Positions 61,733-64,000 of a stretch of DNA of 64,000 nucleotides are shown here, in pieces. The notes beneath the pieces were generated by a model. The model saw only the letters and a program-made list of their open reading frames with translations, had not been told where the DNA came from and ran no database searches. Where the stretch lies: the IMG/VR virus record IMGVR_UViG_3300032050_010539; one strand, given 5' to 3'. The translations under genes were made by a program, and so were the position numbers. This stretch comes from a virus. Position 1 is the first letter of the stretch, and every line of letters starts with the position of its first letter.

Positions 61733-61927
61733 TTAATCATCTTCATCGAAATATAACAATCTATGGTAAAATCAAACAGTCCCTCCTCTAGAATCATCAA
61801 GATAGAAGTTATAGAATAACTTATTATCTGCTATCAGAGGGTTAGTAATGGGTACAGGTGCATTCCATGCATACGAAACCCATTCAATATCACGCGGAGC
61901 CCAACCGTTAGAATTAATTATCTTCAT
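61733..61927 (-). pseudogene. Array unit with internal TGA at 61772-61774
   Basis: Reads GGTV*FYHRLLYFDEDD, compared with GGPAWFYYRLLYFDEDY in the sister unit at 62604. Confidence 0.65.
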
Positions 61928-62092
61928 AGAAATAATGATAGGTTACGGTAAACGCAAGCGACTCCTCCGGCACTATAAGTGTGAAATTTATAGTATAAAT
62001 AATTACGGTTTGCTATCAACGGGTTGGTAATAGGTACAGGTATATCCCGTATATGCGCAGCCCTTCTATTACGAGAGGCCCAATTGTTACAA

Positions 62093-62251
62093 TTAATCAT
62101 CTTCATCGAAATAATCATCCTCATTCAAAGGTAACACTACTGCTCCTGCCAGTCTATAATAAAACATAGTGAGCCCCCAATAAACTCTAATAGGCATAGA
62201 TATATTCAACTTATGACGTGGGACCCATTTGTTACTACCAACTATCTTCAT
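62093..62251 (-). CDS. Array peptide, 52 aa (not in the ORF track)
   Basis: MKIVGSNKWVPRHKLNISMPIRVYWGLTMFYYRLAGAVVLPLNEDDYFDEDD. Confidence 0.55.
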   Translation of the reverse strand: MKIVGSNKWVPRHKLNISMPIRVYWGLTMFYYRLAGAVVLPLNEDDYFDEDD

Positions 62252-62409
62252 AGAAATCGTCCTTAGCGAACAGTGTCAGTCTATAATAAAATAACATGAT
62301 AGAAGTTTTGTAGTGGTAACGATAAAAGCTATAGTATAAACTATCACTGTTTGCTAAAACCGACGGGTCAGCAGCAAGTATATTCAACTCATTACGTAAA
62401 GGCCAATTG

Positions 62410-62604
62410 TTAATAATCTTCATCGAAATATAACAATCTATAGTAAAACCAAGCAGGCCCTCCACCATGATAAAGATAGAAGTTATAGAATAACTTATTA
62501 TTATCTGCTACTGGAGGAACAATAATAGGTACAGGTGCATTCCATTCATACGGAGCCCATTTAATAGTACGCGGAGCCCAATCATTACAATCAATCATCT
62601 TCAT
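62410..62604 (-). CDS. Array peptide
   Basis: Intact unit ending YFDEDY. Confidence 0.6.
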   Translation of the reverse strand: MKMIDCNDWAPRTIKWAPYEWNAPVPIIVPPVADNNKLFYNFYLYHGGGPAWFYYRLLYFDEDY

Positions 62605-62881
62605 AGAAATAATCCCCCTCCCCTAGAAAGTCATATAACAAACATGCTAGTTTATAATAAAACAAGTCGATAGGAACATGTAACTTGTCTAATTCAGGGA
62701 TATAGGCCCCGAGACCCATGCTTTCATAGTAGTAACGATAGAACCATAGATAGTATAGATTATCACCATTTGGTAAAATCGGTGGGTCAGTAATAGGTAT
62801 CGGTATACTCAACTTATTACGTGCAGTCCAACAATCGTTATTACTATGAGGCGCCCAATTGTTACAATTAATCATCTTCAT
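62591..62881 (-). CDS. Array peptide (long composite unit)
   Basis: Intact 96-aa unit ending YFYEDD. Confidence 0.6.
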   Translation of the reverse strand: MKMINCNNWAPHSNNDCWTARNKLSIPIPITDPPILPNGDNLYYLWFYRYYYESMGLGAYIPELDKLHVPIDLFYYKLACLLYDFLGEGDYFYEDD

Positions 62882-63094
62882 AGAAGTAATAATAGGTTGT
62901 AGTTATCTTCATCTAGAAAGCTATACAACACTACTCCTACTAGTCTATTGTAAAATTTGGCGGGCCCTCCATCATGATAAAAATAGAAGTTATAGAATAA
63001 CTTATTATCTGCTATTGGAGGGACAGCAGTAGGTACATATGCCCCCCATCCAGACGGAGCCCATTTAATATTACGCAGAGCCCAATTATTACAA

Positions 63095-63292
63095 TTAATC
63101 TTCTTCATAAAAATAATGATAGGTTATATTACGGTAAACGCAAGCGACTCCTCCGGCACTATAAGTGTGAAAGTTATAGTATAAATAATTATGGTTTACT
63201 ATTAACGGGTTAGTAATAGGTATGGGTGCGGCCTCTTCATACGGAACCGGCTTATTACGAGGAGCCCAATCGTTACAATTAATCTTCTTCAT
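63095..63292 (-). CDS. Array peptide
   Basis: Intact unit ending YFYEED. Confidence 0.6.
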   Translation of the reverse strand: MKKINCNDWAPRNKPVPYEEAAPIPITNPLIVNHNYLYYNFHTYSAGGVACVYRNITYHYFYEED

Positions 63293-63470
63293 AGAAGTAA
63301 TATTCTGCCCCTGTCAGTATATAATAAAACATATCAAGCCCCCCAGTATCATTATAAACATAAAAACTATCGTATAAATTATCAATGCTCATTAGAGGCG
63401 GATTAGTGGTAGGTATGTATGGAGTCCACGCATAACGAGGAGCCCAATTGTTAGAATTAATCTTCTTCAT
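63279..63470 (-). CDS. Array peptide (start corrected to MKKIN)
   Basis: Intact unit with 14-nt overlaps on both sides. Confidence 0.6.
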   Translation of the reverse strand: MKKINSNNWAPRYAWTPYIPTTNPPLMSIDNLYDSFYVYNDTGGLDMFYYILTGAEYYFYEED

Positions 63471-63696
63471 CGAAATAAGTGTCCTCATATAGAATGTTGT
63501 ATAGCACACTGAAATAACCACCCTCATTTAGAATGTTATATAACATATATGACAGTCTATGATAAAACCAGACGAGTCTCTCAGGATTATAAGCAAAAAA
63601 GCATAATCCCTGTAGGCCAACAGGCGGGTTAGTAATAGGTATAAGTATACTCGACTGATTACGTGGGGCCCAATTGTTAGAATTAATCTTCTTCAT
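63457..63696 (-). CDS. Array peptide (MKKIN...YFDEED)
   Basis: Intact unit. Confidence 0.6.
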   Translation of the reverse strand: MKKINSNNWAPRNQSSILIPITNPPVGLQGLCFFAYNPERLVWFYHRLSYMLYNILNEGGYFSVLYNILYEDTYFDEED

Positions 63697-63892
63697 CGAA
63701 ATAATTGTCCTTATATAGAATATATAATACTATTCCCGACAGTCTATAGTAAAATATAGCAAGTCCTCTAGAATTATAAAGATAGAAGCTATAGTATAAA
63801 TTATTGATATTTGCTACTGGCGGGGCAGTGATAGGTATAGGTGCAATCCATTCACTACACGGGGCCCAGCAATTTGGATTAATTGTTTTCAT
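63683..63892 (-). CDS. Array peptide (MKTIN...FYYRL...YFDEED)
   Basis: Intact unit with a 14-nt overlap to the next unit. Confidence 0.6.
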   Translation of the reverse strand: MKTINPNCWAPCSEWIAPIPITAPPVANINNLYYSFYLYNSRGLAIFYYRLSGIVLYILYKDNYFDEED

Positions 63893-64000
63893 AGAGATAG
63901 TTATCCTCAGCTAAAATATCAATATCCTGTCTGTAGTAAAACGCCTTGAAATAAAAGAAGTTGATAGAGACATATAACTTGTGTAATTCAAGGGTATAGG

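Larger units (their letters stand above)
57883..64000 (-). repeat. Tandem array of at least 31 diverged coding units of about 200 bp (small paralogous peptide genes); continues beyond the window
   Basis: Recurring junction TATTTCGATGAAGATGATTAATTGTAAC.ATTGG. Unit starts are at 63892, 63696, 63470, 63292, 63108, 62881, 62604, 62423, 62251, 62106, 61927, 61746, 61541, 61344, 61187, 61045, 60842, 60664, 60468, 60268, 60087, 59849, 59617, 59352, 59188, 59028, 58895, 58562, 58390, 58226 and 58053. Confidence 0.92.

Noticed and set aside
61772-61774. Stop-codon reassignment or readthrough
   Set aside because: This is a single TGG-to-TGA change in one unit. All long genes translate cleanly with the standard code and use TGA, TAG and TAA as stops.
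58050-63527. Longer upstream starts given by the ORF track for array units (e.g. MRMIISMK..., MRVVISV...)
   Set aside because: These extensions are off-frame readings of the previous unit's acidic tail. The conserved MK(M/K)I start at the 14-nt overlap is more parsimonious.
57883-64000. CRISPR array
   Set aside because: The period is about 200 bp, the repeats are degenerate, and the intervening segments are homologous to each other and keep open reading frames. There is no cas operon; the Cas4-like gene is a typical stand-alone phage nuclease.
57883-64000. Diversity-generating retroelement TR/VR
   Set aside because: There is no reverse transcriptase in the window. Differences between sister units include indels and all base types rather than being adenine-specific. 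The adjacent window should still be checked.
1-64000. tRNA, rRNA or introns/inteins
   Set aside because: No cloverleaf, rRNA-like tract or intein/homing-endonuclease motif was recognised by eye. tRNAscan-SE and Infernal were not run.

Overview
A 64-kb segment of a large cyanobacterial myovirus. Gene content and order resemble the Microcystis phages Ma-LMM01/MaMV-DC; this is from recall and was not searched. Positions 1-48.9 kb (+ strand) are a virion module: baseplate hub, spike-amidase, muramidase-M23, gp25-like, baseplate J, tail fibre, flavin N-monooxygenase, two DUF4815 proteins, large terminase and a 2898-aa multi-TM protein with PLD-like motifs. The module is interrupted at about 14.0-20.2 kb by an AT-rich, minus-strand foreign island. 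The island holds a paralogous small-gene cluster bounded by inverted repeats, a decayed brnT/brnA pair and an intact cyanobacterial selO. Positions 49.2-57.6 kb (- strand) encode DNA-metabolism and accessory genes: Cas4/RecB-like nuclease, RuvC-like resolvase, radical SAM, a frameshifted aaRS-II-like/MazG-like fusion and primase. The most unusual element runs from 57.9 kb to the window end. It is a head-to-tail array of at least 31 diversified units of about 200 bp, each encoding a 50-96 aa W/Y-rich peptide with an acidic tail. The units are chained by a conserved junction that encodes both the end of one peptide (YFDEDD*) and the start of the next (MKMIN), and their interiors are shuffled mosaics. 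No tRNA, rRNA or CRISPR array was recognised.
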